Shown here in pieces: positions 31,691-46,017 of a stretch of DNA of 64,000 bases. The notes below the pieces were generated by a model. The model was not told the origin of the DNA. It saw nothing but the letters and a program-made list of their open reading frames with translations, and made no database searches. The position numbers were made by a program, and so were the translations under genes. Within the stretch, counting starts at the first letter, position 1; the number at the start of each line of letters is the position of its first letter. This DNA comes from Podarcis cretensis (lineage: Eukaryota). The stretch spans positions 56,296,001-56,360,000 of the forward strand of contig OX638151.1 in the NCBI GenBank assembly GCA_951804945.1, written 5' to 3'.

Positions 31691-32479
31691 TGACACAAAT
31701 GGAATTTATATAAAAGTAGTGGCTGGTAATTTGAAACTAGCAAAACTAACAAAATCATCTGTACTGATCTATTTAAAATATATTTTGATCATGGGTCGCC
31801 AACCTTTTTGAACCTGTGGGACACACAAAGATTCATGTTTGTCCAAGGAATCTGAATAAAAGCATGGTCTTGCCTAGCATGACTTAATAAGCCCCCTGCC
31901 CCCCAAAAGCCCTATCAAAATAACCCAGTGGTAGACAATAGAGTAAAATCATAGATCCAGTACTTGGCAGCACAACAAAACATTGTTTCAAGGCACAGCT
32001 TTTCTAAAATCTTAATGGTTTTTACATAGGATGGCAACAAAACCAATAAATCATAGAATAATGGATAAAGGTGACTTATGATTTGAGGGTGGGTGTTAGA
32101 TATCTTGAAAAATTATGTGGCTATCTAAGGAGCCTTGTCTCATTTTCAATTTTTCTGCACAATGGCAGCCCTGGGAAGCACCAGATCCCACCATTTTTAC
32201 AATGTAGCCTGTGGAGGTAATTTAGTCTGGTTGTGAAGGAAACCCCCAAAAACATGCAATTACAAGAGGATCCATTTTACTAGCTCTGTTTTGTGTGTAT
32301 GCATCCCCCCCACTTGGCATTCTCCATTTTCTCTCTCTATGGAAGTCTAATTTCCATTTTCTCTCTTGTATATCCTAACCACCCACCTCATTCAACTCTA
32401 TTCCCAACATTCCCTCTCATTCTTTGGTTGCTCTGCTTTCTGTTCAGCTACACAGTTCTGAGCCTTGGAAAAGCACATA

Positions 32480-32600
32480 GGGCGGTACTCAACTAAGTTT
32501 TACTTAAGAGTAGACCCACTGGAATTGATGAACATGAGAAAGTTAGATCCATTAATTTCAGTATGTTTACTCTGAGTACAGTCTTAGTTGAATATGACCC
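32480..32600. mobile_element. Palindromic MITE (related copy at ~41301-41417)
   Basis: GGGCGGTACTCAACTAAG ... CTTAGTTGAATATGACCC, flanked by ATA on both sides. Confidence 0.6.
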
Positions 32601-33122
32601 ATAGAGCTGGAAGAGGAAGTGGGGAAAGTGTCACACTTCTCACTTCCTCCTTCAGCAATACAGACTTTGGCGAGGGTGGGACAGGGAAGGAAGCATCCTC
32701 ACCACTTCATGGTGAGGGGGACAGTGAGGGGCAGCTCAGAGGATTTGGGGTCACTGGCACAGGCGTACATAGACTGCCTTGCATCCTTGGCAAGGAGCTG
32801 TATCAGCGTGGAACTCTATTGATGCCCTGCTCAGCCTCGCAGAGCAGCAAAGGAGCCAGAGCGGAAAGGCACGGTTTTTGCACCCCTCTGGGCTTGCACT
32901 CTTGGTAGGGACCAACCTAACCAACCCCTAGCTATGCCCTGGTCACTGGATAAGTCTTCATGCCCATGTGCACCACTTAAACGGCTTCAGAGTTATTAAT
33001 ACATTGATTTAAAAGCAAAATCAGGTAGCCGATAAAGTAAAAAGCATTGGTTGACTGGCATTCCTTTAAAATTTGATTATCATTGTCTAACCAATAGAAT
33101 ATCTTTATTTTCAAAAGTATGT

Positions 33123-33220
33123 GAGGCTTCCCATGAGCATCTGGTTGGCCAGTGTGAGAATAGGATGCTGGACTAGATGGGCCAGTGGTCTGATCCAGTG
33201 GAGCCAGTCTTATGTTCTTA
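33123..33220 (+). mobile_element. CR1 3' tail fragment
   Basis: GCATCTGGTTGGCCA...GGATGCTGGACTAGATGGGCC...TGATCCAG...TCTTATGTTCTTA, the same tail as ~845-930. Confidence 0.75.
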
Positions 33221-34213
33221 GCTTCTTAATTTCACGAGTGCTGCTGCTACTTGGTAATAGTTACTGCCATTTGTCTGTATGCAAATATTTGCATTTACAC
33301 TGTTCAAGAGACATCTAAAATCATCAAAGTATGGCAAAACAACAACAACAACAACTAAGGAAGTGAGAAAAGTCCTAACACAATATTGATCATAAATTTT
33401 AAAAATACATTGGTAACCTATAATTATATTTTTTCATGAATAACTCATTATTTAAGGTCCCAGTATCTATCTTTGTCAGTAACACACTCCTGTCAAGTAA
33501 CAAAACATTGTATACAGTTTTGCTGATTACATCATTTTTAGAAGCATGATCTGCTAATTTTGTGGCCAGCAGCCTATGGCAGCCGCATTTCTGCAGTTGC
33601 CACAGTGTCCAGCTGTCTCAAAGTCCTAATAATCATTTGCATTAATGATGCCTTTAATAAAGTTATTACATATGGGGCTGTTTTCAACATGTTCTATTAA
33701 TTTGTATGCACAGCAAGGATTTCCTGAAGAGAGTAAAACATTTTCAGCACTACCGTTACGTCCCTAAACAATCAAATCACATCTGCTGTATGTAAAGCAT
33801 AGTAGATAATCCAAAGAATTACTACTTGCAGTGTTGTTAAATAATTAGTCATAGAAATTACTTGCATTTATATATTATCATGCTGCCACTAGTGGCATTA
33901 ACAAATTAAGATATGTTTTAAGGCAATCAATATGCACTTTACAAAGAAATACCTAAAGCACCATATCCAAATCCACTGCCAGCGAAAGGAAAGGAGTGTC
34001 ATTCACATAAAATGAAGCAACACATCAGACAATCTCACTCAAAATATTTATGCTATTTTCCCACTATCATAAACTTTATCATGATTGAAATAATGATTTC
34101 ATTTATATGTATTCTTAATTTGTATATGACCATATCCTGAATAATGATAGCAGATGTAGGCTGGATTGTGCCCATAATGTCCCTTTGAAGTTTTTAACTA
34201 TGTACTGTACTTT

Positions 34214-34331
34214 GAGTACAATCCAGCAAAAGTTAACAACTAAATAAGTGGAACTTATTATAATGTCTAAATTCCATTTCACTGCTTTCTATGGAGTATT
34301 TCTTGTTACTCACTTTTGCTGGATTGTGCCT
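34214..34331. mobile_element. Palindromic MITE
   Basis: TIRs GTACAATCCAGCAAAAGT / ACTTTTGCTGGATTGTGC. Confidence 0.6.
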
Positions 34332-35675
34332 TTAATTTTCCAATGTCTCTGTATCCTTCCACTACATGCTAAAAGCCCTTATATTACATTTTTGTTTCTG
34401 TGTTGCAAAAAGCAAACTGTTATATAGTTAGAAACTGATAGAGTTGGGGAGCAGGGAACAGTAAGTAATTCTAGTAGGGAAATCAGGTGCATACCCAAGG
34501 GTCATTATAGTCTGTAACAACAACAAATTGCAATTGTATGCAAACTCTTAGAAAGGGTGTATATATCATCTTTGTAGAAGAAAGAATAACAGAACCATAA
34601 GATGAATTCATGCCAAGCGATCCATCAGCTTTTGCCAAGAGAATACTACATCTTTGTTATTGAGCCTTTTTGACATTTTCTCCTAGATTTTCTCCTTTTT
34701 TATATTCAAACACTCACTAATTATACACATTAAACCTCATAAGTTGATTTTGAACTCTTTCAAATGCAAATAGAGAGAGAGATGTCTAGTTGTATATATT
34801 TATGTATGTGTACATTCTAAAATAAAGTATAAACTCAATTACACATTTATTCTTTTATATATTTATACTTAAACTGAAATGTGTCATTTAAAAATCCTGA
34901 TAAGATACATTGATCATAACTCACAGAAGGATTACAATATTTTCTCACTTAATTTTCAGCTAGTTTTATACACGATTATAAGATGTGGGGTACTTATATA
35001 ATTTTTGAATGCACATGATTTAAAAGGTATGGGGGTGCAGTTTTAATGGAAAGGTGCTAGCCAGTTTGGTTCCAACTATCTCAGGATCAAAGCTAACAAC
35101 CGAAGGCTATGTAATAGGGGTCCACTGCACAATTAAGTCAGCCTGGTATAACAGACAACACACACTAGTTTTCCTCCCCAATGGCAGATGCCACACCCTC
35201 AAGTAGACAGAAGGCGTTACAGACTGTGCAAGCAGTGCATCAAACAGAACAACTATAATTCATTGTTACTGCAAGTTGCAATTCATGCTGAATTTCCTTA
35301 GTTTAGATTATGAGCAGCAGCATAAGCTAAACTTTGTATGTTTGTGCACCTATTAATACGATACCATTTACCATTTCATCCTTTGTCTCCCATTCCAGCA
35401 GTGATTTTTAAACTTTAGATACAAATGCCTGAATGTCTTGCTTGTGGGTTTCCTGGTATAATCTATCTTGTCGCTGAGAGGAAAATCATATTGGATCAGA
35501 TCAAGAGTAGAGAACAGGATCTAATTGATGGGCTGGATCCTGACTACACCCACCATTTGTGAGCCATTTTGACAGGTGGGCAGGGCTGCCCACATCTCAA
35601 CCACATGACATCACAATGACATCAGGTGACTCAAAGGAAATGAACAACAACAACAAAAACCTTTTACAGCACAGT

Positions 35676-35676
<1 letters not shown>

Positions 35677-35708
<32 letters not shown>
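35677..35708. repeat. (AG)16 microsatellite
   Basis: Read directly from the sequence. Confidence 0.95.
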
Positions 35709-35711
<3 letters not shown>

Positions 35712-35840
35712 ATTTTACATACCAAGGAGAAGGCCAACTTTATTCTCAATAAGTGAGCTTTATATATCAAAGCTCTTATGCTGGCTTTTGTGAACAAGAT
35801 ATTCCTTATGTGCTTTTTGGGGTACAAGCATGAGAGGGCT

Positions 35841-35950
35841 CTAGAATCATAGAGTTGGAAGGAATCCTGAGGATCATCTAGTCCAACCCCCTGTAATACA
35901 GGAATATGTGGCTGCCCCTTATGGGGATCGAACCTGCAACCCTGGTGTTA
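35841..35950 (-). mobile_element. Short tRNA-head / CR1-tail SINE
   Basis: Reverse complement has B box GGTTCGATCCC followed by the CR1-like tail GGGTTGGACTAGATGATCCTCAGG..TTCCAACTCTATGATTCTA. A partial plus-strand copy lies at ~51870-51950. Confidence 0.7.
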
Positions 35951-38900
35951 CTTTGTTTCTTTTCTTTTCTTTTTACAATTCAGGTCAGTTCTTAGCAAAT
36001 TTGAGCCTACTTCTGTTAGATGACCTTTTTTATCTGAGCAAATCTTATTTCTTAATGAATCTCAGAACATTGCAGGGATGACTGTACAAAGCCATTGCTT
36101 TTTCTTTATTGCCCACTAAAGAAACATTTATGATTAACCAGAAAAAGAGAACTAGATCATTCGCTTCAGCTGGAGGCACTGGCCTCTGTAATGTCCTCCC
36201 TTCATGTATGGCCTGTTTCAACTAAACTGTTAGAATTGCAATATAAAAATTCTATATCAGTGGCAGTAACCATTTATGAAGATGAGCCAGATTGCAAGTC
36301 ATTGCTCAGGTGGATTTTAGAGAAACTCTTATCAGCAATAGTGTTTTTCACATATACTGCAGGGCATGCTGTAATATTATCCCTTCAAAAGGTCGCTTAT
36401 GTAGAAGATTGAGAAAATTATGACTTTTCTAGGAAGAAGTGGTGGAAGATTGTTCTTGATAGGGATACCTGGATTTTGAGGTATACCTGGATAACTAGAA
36501 ATAGACTGGGGCTATCGACTAATTAAGAGGCTGCAAATAGGAGAAGAGAAACAATGATTTTGTATAAGGCCATCCACTGGCTGAGTGCTAAATTTTGTGG
36601 ACTTCCATCTCATACCTAGCTCATTCTCATGGTTTGTCTGCTATACCAACATCTCTGCTATGAAATGTGCAACAGCCTACCTGTGTCAAAATAAAACACA
36701 CACTTCTTAATGGGAAATGTTATAGCCGATTAGCAGATCTAAGATACAGGAAGTGAAATGTCTGAGAATTCAGGAAAGAAAATGTTGAAGTAAATTAAAT
36801 TCAGCATTATACAAATACATCTGCTGTTGTCCCTTTCGTAAGCCTAATATATTTTACAAGAAGAATAGGGAAATCAACAAAAATACTCTCTGTGTGAAAC
36901 GCACTGTAAAAATATGATCGATAGTACCCTTGAGTTTGCAAAACGCCATCTTGTGGCTGACTTGTCCAACCGCACACTATGTTCTCGTGAGGTAATCATT
37001 GAAGGGCATGTTGGGAGTAGCAGCCATGTCTTGAAGCAGGCAAATATAAGAAAAAGAGAATAAAAGATTTTGACTACATACTGCTACTTGGCTTTTATCC
37101 CAGCAAGCATATCTTCCTACAATTAGTACATTGATCTATTTTAAAATAACAGTGATAGTTTGCTTTGTTTTCTCTCTGCTGTGGCCCACTCTTTTCCTGG
37201 CTTCCATTTTTATCGGTTAGTGCTTTCAGTACCTTTTTATTTTCCAGTTGTAGTGCCAAGCATCCCATAAATATTTTTCCTTAGCAATAGGGAGATACGA
37301 CAGCTTAGTTACTTATTGTAGAGAAAGATTTATTCACGTATGACTCGTCATATTCACAACGGGGAGCACTACTTATATACAGAAACCAGTAAATGGTCTA
37401 AAATAAAATATTTGTAAGGGCCCTATGAATTCATAGTAAGTAAAAGGTTGGTAAGTGAGAACAAAATAGGGAGGACCAAAAGGCTCAGTCCAGTTGCTAT
37501 AGCAGCATAGGAGCTATTGTTTTATAGATCCTTCCTATGCTACTCTGCCAACACAGGAATCTTAAACTTACCTGGGAGGAGTCAAAGAATCAGTTATGTC
37601 CCATTAAAGCAAAAAGCCATCTCTAAAAAGGAGCAATGCTAGTGTCAGAAGTAGCTAGATATCACTGACCATTTCCACATGAGCCTGCAATTATTATGTT
37701 ACTGGAGCAATGTGGGAAGGAGTCGTGTGGTAGTGACTTTGCATGTCAGTGTACCGTAGGAAGGGAGTCAGAGATTAGGTGCAATTTAATGCACCTTGCA
37801 CTTTACAATAGAAAATTGATGCTGCAGTGCAAAGATGCCTGTGGTCATCCAGCAATTGTCTAACTCCTAACTCCCATCAGGCTCAGCCAGCTCAGCCAAT
37901 GTTCAGGAATGATAAGAGTTTTAGCCCAGGAATATCTGCAGAGCCTCCTATATCTGAAGATTCCTCATCCTTGCTATAGAGCTTGAAACTAGGTCTTCCA
38001 AATATACTCGTTCCCAATTTTAAATCCACTACGAATATATTCCCTGTGCAGCTGGACTCAGTCCCACACTTACTTGGGGACGGTGATCTGCACTGATTCA
38101 GATCTGAATGCGTAGCTGCTATACAGATGCTCAGTATTGTCAGTTTTGGCAACAACACGGAGCAGGTGTACGAGAGAGGATTGCATCCAGCTGCCCTGTT
38201 CTTTAGACAAGCAAAAGGTGTTGTCAAAAGCAGCTTATGCCAAACACCTGTTCAGCAGGTAAGTTGCCTTCTGAAATATATTTGGACTGGAGCCCAAGAA
38301 GGTGATTTGTGGTTTTACTGCAAGGCAGTTTTAAGAGGCAGAAATAATAATAAAAAACAAAGAGCAAAATAGGAAATTCCTGGAAGTTGGGAAAGACTCA
38401 TTTTAAGCATAGGAGTGGGGGAATAGTTAGTTCACAAATTTGTAAAGGTGTAAATGTTCTACATAAGCTATGGTTTTAGCCCTCCGACCACATTGCTCAT
38501 GCAGTCATGCGCAAACTAAGCATTTGGTGGACAACTGTGGAACCACTTCCCTTATTTTTTTGATCCTTCTATTCCTCTTTTGAAGTGAAATGATTATGGA
38601 AAACTGGAGTGCACAAATATCTGATTGTATGCCCAGATTAAATATTAATTCTTCAAGCAATGGCAGGTGGGTCGGTATTGCACTCTGTATTAACCCCCCC
38701 CCTACATTTACAATGTGTGAATTGGCTCAGAAAGACAAAGCAGGAGCTAATTTCAGCTTGCCTTGGAATTTGTTTTCAACACCAGGGTTTAGGTCTGGAA
38801 CATGCAAAACAGAAGAAAAGATTGCCTTGAAAATGTGCAGACTATCTTTTCCTAACCACAATAAGCTCCTGCAATCTGGGAATGAGAAGCAAAGACTTCT

Positions 38901-39204
38901 AAGGCAAAGGGCACTGCATGATCCAAGATTTCAGTCATTTTTTATAATAAAAATTAGGCATTGCCTGAATGAATTCTAAAATTCTCTAATTCTTTAAAAC
39001 AAGAACAATACATTGACCACAATCTGGTCAGAGTTAAATACTTTTAAATCCCATTGATTTAAGTCAAACAAATAGATCTTAAAATATAGGATTATAACTT
39101 TGGGCAGTTCATGTCCATTCTGATGCTAGTACTTCTCACTGAAAAAACATATTATAACCCAAGAGTTGTGTACCTTTTATTTATTGCCTATTGTTTGCTT
39201 GATT

Positions 39205-39985
39205 GATTTAACAGTTTTATATACTGCTTGATTGTGACAAAACCTCAAAGTGGTGTACAAAAAATAATAAAATAATAAAATAATCAGTAAAAAACAACTA
39301 TTTAAAACACTCAAAAAGTAATTGAAACGAACAATAAGGTATAAAGACAGATGAAATCACAGGTTAGCATTCTACATGTCTGGATAGGCTTGCCTAAACA
39401 AAAATGTTTTAGCAGGCACTGAAAAGAGTACTTGCCTGATTTCAATAGGCAGGGAGTTCCAAAGTGTAAGCAGTGCCACACTAGAATCATAGAATCATAG
39501 AATCATAGAATCATAGAATCATAGAATCATAGAGTTGGAAGAGACAACAAGGGCCATCGAGTCCAACCCCCTGCCAAGCAGGAAACACCATCAGAGCACT
39601 CCTGACATATGGTTGTCAAGCCTCTGCTTAAAGACCTCCAAAGAAGGAGACTCCACCACACACCTTGGCAGCAAATTCCACTGTCGAACAGCTCTTACTG
39701 TCAGGAAGTTCTTCCTAATGTTTAGGTGGAATCTTTTTTCTTGTAGTTTGGAACCATTGCTCCGTGTCCGCTTCTCTGGAGCAGCAGAAAACAACCTTTC
39801 TCCCTCCTCTATGTGACATCCTTTTATATATTTGAACATGGCTATCATATCACCCAAAAGATCAATTTCTTGCAAATGCATAATGAATATTATGTGGCGC
39901 TTGTAACAATGCCGGTTTCACAGGTCGAAGCGATCGAGTGGGCATATATGGGGTAAGGCGATCCCTCAAGAAAGCTAGTCCCATG
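39205..39985 (-). mobile_element. L2 LINE 3' end interrupted by a CR1
   Basis: Reverse complement of ~39900-39980 gives LRDRLTPYMPTRSLR. The L2 resumes on the other side of the CR1 with LWNSLP and an L2-type tail. Confidence 0.7.
39482..39855 (-). mobile_element. Young CR1 3' fragment with (TAGAATCA)n tail
   Basis: GDMIAMFKYIKGCH...RTRSNGSKLQEKRFHLNIRKNFLTVRAVRQWNLLP...FKQRLD, with an 8-mer tail repeated about 6 times. Confidence 0.92.
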
Positions 39986-40659
39986 TTACTAAACGACATG
40001 TGGTACATGCAGTGTGACAGCACTGTATCATGCAAAATGTGCTTCCTTCCAGTGTGGGCTCAATACATTTTGCTGCCTGAAGCGATGCTTAAGTGTTTAC
40101 GTTTTTCTGTACCATTCAGACTGCAATCTCTGTCTTCATCAATCCTCACTCCCCTCCCACTGGGATAATGAATGGCAAGGCCAACCCTGAGATCTTGTGG
40201 TGACTGAAACTAAGCAAATGCTACATTTTTCTGCTTTATAGATCTGTTAGAGTAGAAGGGCCAAATGTACTAGGGGGGAAAATGCAGTTCATAAAAAAAA
40301 ATGTTAATCCAGAATGTCCATTGCATGCACAAGAAAAATCCAGTAAAACAACACATACACTCATCCAGTTCAGAGCTAGCCAGCTGAAGAGCCTAAACTG
40401 GGAAAATATAGCATGTAATGTCTGTGTTAATTCACAGTGGCTTGCTATACAAAGATTCATTGCCCATGGGGGTGAATGAACCCTGATGGTTCAAAAAAGA
40501 TCTGAGTGCTGACTTACTGCACAGTTTTTCTGGACAGTTTCTCACTATCTGCCTTTTTATTCCAGAACCTGATAGCTGCACTGATCCATAATAATGTTCT
40601 GGATTTTTGGTGCATGCTTGTTCCTGATTGTTGGAGGTGGCTCATAAGTATCTATCATA

Positions 40660-40950
40660 TGCGGTGGGGGGGGGCATTTTTCAGCCGGAGGGCAGCCTTC
40701 CAGGGGCCACATGCCAGTGGCAGGTATGGTCAGGGGCAAAACTGGGCAGAGCAATGAATGTGAATGTTACTTGTGGGTTAATTTCTCCACACACCCCTCT
40801 CTGTCCCCCATGCTGGCAAGCAAGAGGCATTATCAGAGTTCAAGGATACAGTCCAGCCAGGCAAAAATAACAAAAAAAGTGTGAATGAAGGCTAATGGAG
40901 AGTGTTGCTTGGGGAGAATCTCAAGGGCCACATATGGTTCCCCAGCCTGA
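40660..40950. mobile_element. Degenerate hAT-like MITE
   Basis: CAGCCGGAGGGCA..GGGGCCACATGCCAG and terminal GGTTCCCCAGCCTG; related to 44531-44691. Confidence 0.45.
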
Positions 40951-41300
40951 TCAAATGTGTAAAGGTATATGTGTATGACCTCTCATGCCAGTTCTTTCAG
41001 TTCTGTAATCTGGAAGAGAAGGAAATCAGTAATGCTGATTTTTCAAGTGGTGGTTATCCAATCTTGCAGTATGGCTGCGACACCTGACCTCTTTGCTGAC
41101 CCTGCAAGGCATATGAAGTATATTGAGTCCTTCTGTATTTAGCTAACCTTGAATTCACTAGCTCTGCCACTTTTCCCAGCACCAGGTAAAACTTGAGAAA
41201 GTCATCTCCTAACTTTGGCAAATCTAATCTTTGATCAGAGATATGCAACATCAAAACCTATTACGCTGGTGTATGCTTCTGTTTGAAGTTTACCTGTACT

Positions 41301-41417
41301 GGATGGTACTCAATTAAGATTTACTTAGAAGAGACCTGTTATAATTAATGGGCCTAACTTAGTCATATTCACTAATTTCAGTAGGTTGACTCTGAGTAAA
41401 ACTTAGTTGAATACAAC
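41301..41417. mobile_element. Palindromic MITE (family of 32480)
   Basis: GGTACTCAATTAAG...ACTCTGAGTAAAACTTAGTTGAATAC. Confidence 0.55.
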
Positions 41418-41654
41418 ATATTGTACATGCTTATCTAACAGGCTTCATTGTACTTGTGAGACAGGGCATTGTAGGCTTAGAAATAATGTTATTTTCACAA
41501 ACATATATTGTGACAAGCAACAACGGCTACAATTCAGAATTGATATATTTGGTCGATTAGGATTAGACCTTGGTCTGAATAAGATTAGGAATCAAATGGT
41601 ACAGTATATATGCTGCTGAAGTAAGCACATTGTTTTAGACAAATTAATGGAAGA

Positions 41655-41860
41655 TAATTCTAGTCATGATAGTTTAATGAAGCCTTCATTTTCAGGGGTT
41701 ACATACCAGTTGTTTGGGGTAAACAGCAGGAGAGAGAAGCATCACTTTCACGACCGACTTATGATCTCCCAGAAGTATTTGGCTGGCAGTTGTTGAAAAC
41801 AGCATGTGAGACTAGAAAGAGTTTGGTCTCACTCAGCAAGGAAGTTCCTACACTCTTAAG
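41655..41860 (+). mobile_element. Old CR1 3' tail
   Basis: Degenerate ATACCAGTTG..GGGG...GGCTGGCAGTTGTTGAAAACAG...ACTAGA...TCTTA. Confidence 0.5.
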
Positions 41861-43225
41861 ATGAATAAGGCATTGTGATAGGGTACATTGTACTACACAC
41901 CTTCGTTAGCTTTCATTGTCACACTGTCTTGGACTCTTATTTGATTTAATATTTGTATACTGCTAGTCCAACAACAAAACTGAGCTCACAACAAGAAAGC
42001 ATTAACACCTTAAAAAAAATGTAATGTGTAACACTGACACTTGGGAAAGTAGCAGTGTACAAACCTCACTATTCCCCTTTCCTGAAACAACTCTTCCTTG
42101 CAGCATACAGAGTGATCTATAAACCAGTCCCAATTTTTAATGTTTCATGCCCTTCCATGCAATACTCCCCCATCTTGCTGATTTCTTTCTGATGTTTTGC
42201 TTTCCTTTGAGCCTGTTGTGTCGCTACTTTCTGAGTAGTACTTCCATGAAGTGTTAAACCACTTCAAGAAAGTAGCACTCATGTAAATGGCTAATTACGT
42301 ATAGCAAGCTTGACCACCTTTGACCTTTCTTTTCTTTGAGCTTCCCCTTTTTGGTATGTTGGGAACAGCTGTGTACACAAAGTAAATGCATGATATATCC
42401 TTGACACAGATATGTCAGTGCCAATCCTCAGAATATTTAAGTGCAGGAGGACCTCAGGTGCATATAGCCACAGAAATGGAGCTTGTTTGTGATTCTGAAG
42501 GTCCCTTGGGTCACCCCAAGCGTCTGTACTCAAGAATGACCTAACACAATAGTGCCTTGACCAAAAACTTATTTATATGTTGCCAGAAGTTTATATAGCA
42601 CCTAGTTTATATGACATGGATTTCTAAGACATTTTAGGTCTTCCCTACTTCCAGCCACTGTAGGCTTAATATGAATTTCAAACTCTCGGTCAACAAAAAT
42701 TGAATATAATACCATGCACTAGTCTTCTGTGTAACAATCCATCCACCTATCTATTCTATGGAAGCTGGATGAAACAACTTAATAAGGTGGCTATTCCATA
42801 CAGCTGCTGTATCATGTAGGGCAACTCACCCCACATAAAACCATGATCATATGGACAGATCCTCCAAGTATGGGTGCAACTCCTGTCAGCCATTTTAGAG
42901 GTTATGATCACGGTCAGCCAGACATTTATTACAGTCAACCAGTTAATAAGACAAAATACAAAGTATAAGACTGAAAAAACCATAGCTGTGATGATGCCAC
43001 TTGTTAGAAAATGACAAACTAAGGACTAACAGACAAAGGACTAACAATCAGCAATTCTTAGAGACGTGGAGACATTCAGATATTTTATCACTTTGATAAT
43101 GAATGCATTGGTCGTCTCTGGGAAAATACTTGCGTAGGGGTATTAGGAAGCTGGCTTATTCTTAATCAGACCTTTGGTCCTGCTTAATATTGTTTACACT
43201 GATTGGACCTTTTAATTATCTAGGA

Positions 43226-43352
43226 CAGGGATGGGGAAACTGTGATCTTCAGATGTTGTTGGACCATAATTCCCACCATCATTCACCATTGGCTACATTC
43301 AATGGGGCAGTTAGAATCCAACATCTGGAGGGCCAGAGGTTCCCTATCCCTG
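43226..43352. mobile_element. hAT hairpin MITE
   Basis: CAGGGATGGGGAAACT...CAGATGTTG / CAACATCTG...AGGTTCCCTATCCCTG. More degenerate relatives lie at ~37835-37950 and ~50200-50320. Confidence 0.7.
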
Positions 43353-44530
43353 ATCCCCAATTTTCACCATAGCCTGTGATTGGCAAATCCAAAACTGAAA
43401 GAATGAAGGCTTTTGAATGGACTATTAAAACGTGCATGCCAACTGAATAACGGCTCTAAAAAAGAAAAGGAAAGAAGAATCTGTACCAGAGTAAATCCTA
43501 ATCACTGCTAATCAATTTTCCTTAGTGCTAACAAATATTTCTTGGGATGAGTAATCTTGCCTCTAACACTAATTTCACTGTTTGCTAATAAATCCCATTG
43601 GGTGTCAATAAATTTATTTCAACAATAATACTAAGCTAAGTCACAGTAGGAATAAAATGTCCTTAGCAGAAAATTTCTAATGCAAACCACCCAGCAATTA
43701 GAAACAAATCCCTCTCTGGTAATATAGCAAACACTGAAAAAGCAATAAAAGAGTGGCTAGGTGGGAAGGGAGCAGGTTTTACACTGTCTTTTTGTTCCTA
43801 CGACATTCCTTGTGACTGATTTTTTTTTTCTTGAGGTATGACCCATTTTACACACTCTTTGTCTTGTTCTAAAATTGTCAGAAGAAACAAAATCTATAGT
43901 ATCTACTTAGGTTGAATATATCACACTTGTTACCGTAGTACCTGAATGACTTATTTATTTTTAAAATTGCATGTGGGGGAATATTTGTTTCACACTTGCA
44001 TTCTGTTGTCTCAGTCAGCAGAGATTATTTATTTCACAGCTATTATAGGAAGGCTAGTTTGGAAAATGGAAAGGGGTTATAATGTACAAAAATACACTAA
44101 AAGAAATCCACAGCGGCCAATGGAACTCTTAAACTAACGGGTTCCACTTTGGGTAAGTTTTCATTTTTTTTACCATTACCTCAGTCCAGACCCTGAGCGC
44201 ACATACAATACATACAAAGCGGCTCTTGTGTGTGGGGCCTTCCCTCTCAATTTCAAAGGAAGGAGTGGAACCACACACTTCTGTGTGCACAACTCTGCCT
44301 CCTCCATTGATTAAAGACGGTAATATAATATTCTAGGTGTGGAAGTTCCTTTTATGCATTGAGGCAGAAGCTTTTCACCCAAAAGGAGCAGATCACCAGA
44401 GTGTTTTGTCCTCCTTGCTATTTTGGGGATATACAGTGCCCCCAGTTATAGCGATACTTCTGCTATGATACTGCAGGGGTATGACAGAAGGTGACATTTT
44501 TATCTATCATTTTCTCTTGTGACCTTAGGG

Positions 44531-44691
44531 CAGGGGTAGTGTTCCCATATGTCCAGGCAAAAACGCTCAATGGGTGTTTGAAGCAGGGGTGGGTGAGGGA
44601 GGCTGTGTGTTCTGCAGAGAGTCCTTGAGGGCCAATTGGAAAGGTTTGGGGGGCTGCATTCGGCTCCTGGGCCTGAGGTGCCTGACTCCTG
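44531..44691. mobile_element. hAT-like MITE
   Basis: CAGGGGTAG ... CTGACTCCTG with imperfect 8-bp TSD CCTTAGGG / CCTTAAGA. Confidence 0.55.
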
Positions 44692-45783
44692 CCTTAAGAC
44701 ATCCTTTGAAATTGGGCTAAGGATACCTTTTAGGATATAATGTGCTGTCTATGTGATATAAAATACACAGATACACCACTGGCATGTCAGCAGCTGTGTG
44801 GAACCCTTACACATGGCTGTGGACAGTGACAACTTTATATTGTGTAATTTGATAAGCTTGTGTGCAAATGCACTTTCAGTTGATATCCTAATGTGCTGAT
44901 GATCATAAGTAGCAAAAGAGATACCTGGAGATTAAGGCCACAGTCCTATGCCCATGGGTGGGTGGGGGGGCAGGGAGGGGCAGTTGCCCCCCCAAATCAA
45001 TAAAAATCAATAAAAATACATAGCAAACTGAGATTCTGCCCCCCCGCCCAATCCTGGCTACGCCCATGCCTATACCCTTGTGCCTGGGAGAAGGGAGCAC
45101 TGAAGGTAGTGGGACTTACTGTATGTCTTAATAAGTAAAGATATTTAGGCTCACACTGCACATTTCCCATTCTAATTTTCATTCTAAAGGACTTTATAAT
45201 TGTTAACTTCTGTTTGATCATTTCAGAAAGAGCCAACTAGTAAAGACAGAAAACCATTTTTCCAGCAGATAAAGAGTGATTGAATTGGCTGCTTCCACTT
45301 TTGTTAACTCAAAACCAGCATTTTTGTAGCCTCAAACTTTGCATGGATTAGCAGCTTTGACATGTTTGAATAAATGTAGCTTATTAATAACAATAAATAC
45401 CAATAATACATATTTATAGAGGCCTTTTTATCTTCAAAGTGTTTTACAAATATTAACTTGTAAATTAATTCTCGTGACACCCATGTGAGGTAAGCAATTA
45501 TTATCAAAGAGTATAATGCATATATTCATGCATAGTATTTCATTCCCCACTAACTGCGAAACCTCAGACTTAATCAGGAATTTGGGATTGTTCATAGCTC
45601 AATATTGTTTTATCACCCAAAGTCCCTGCCTGCCATTTGCTTGCTCCAATCCACTACTTGCCATCTTGATGTTACCTCCCTCCCAGCAAACAGATGGAAT
45701 GAACTGGTAAGCAAAAATTCTAAAGGTCACAGGTTCTGTAGGACTCTTAGATCTGTGTGGCATTGAGTAAGTACTTCAAAGTA

Positions 45784-46017
45784 CAGTCGTACCTTGGTTC
45801 TCGAACAGAATCCGTTCCAGAAGTCCGTTCTACTTCTGAAAATGTTTGACAACCAAGGTGCAGCTTCCGATTGGCTGCAATAATTTCCTGCCCTCTAGCA
45901 GAAGCCCCATCAGGTTCCAAAGAACATTCACAAACTGGAACACTCACTTCCAGGTTTGCAGCCTTTGGGAGCCAAAACGTATGAGTACCAAGGCGTTCAA
46001 CAACCAAGGTAAGACTG
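45784..46017. mobile_element. Tigger-like MITE
   Basis: TA-CAGTCGTACCTTGGTT ... AACCAAGGTAAGACTG-TA. Confidence 0.85.

Noticed and set aside
33882-33897. CTCF site at palindrome TGCCACTAGTGGCA
   Set aside because: Spacing is one base short of the CTCF core, and there is no other support.
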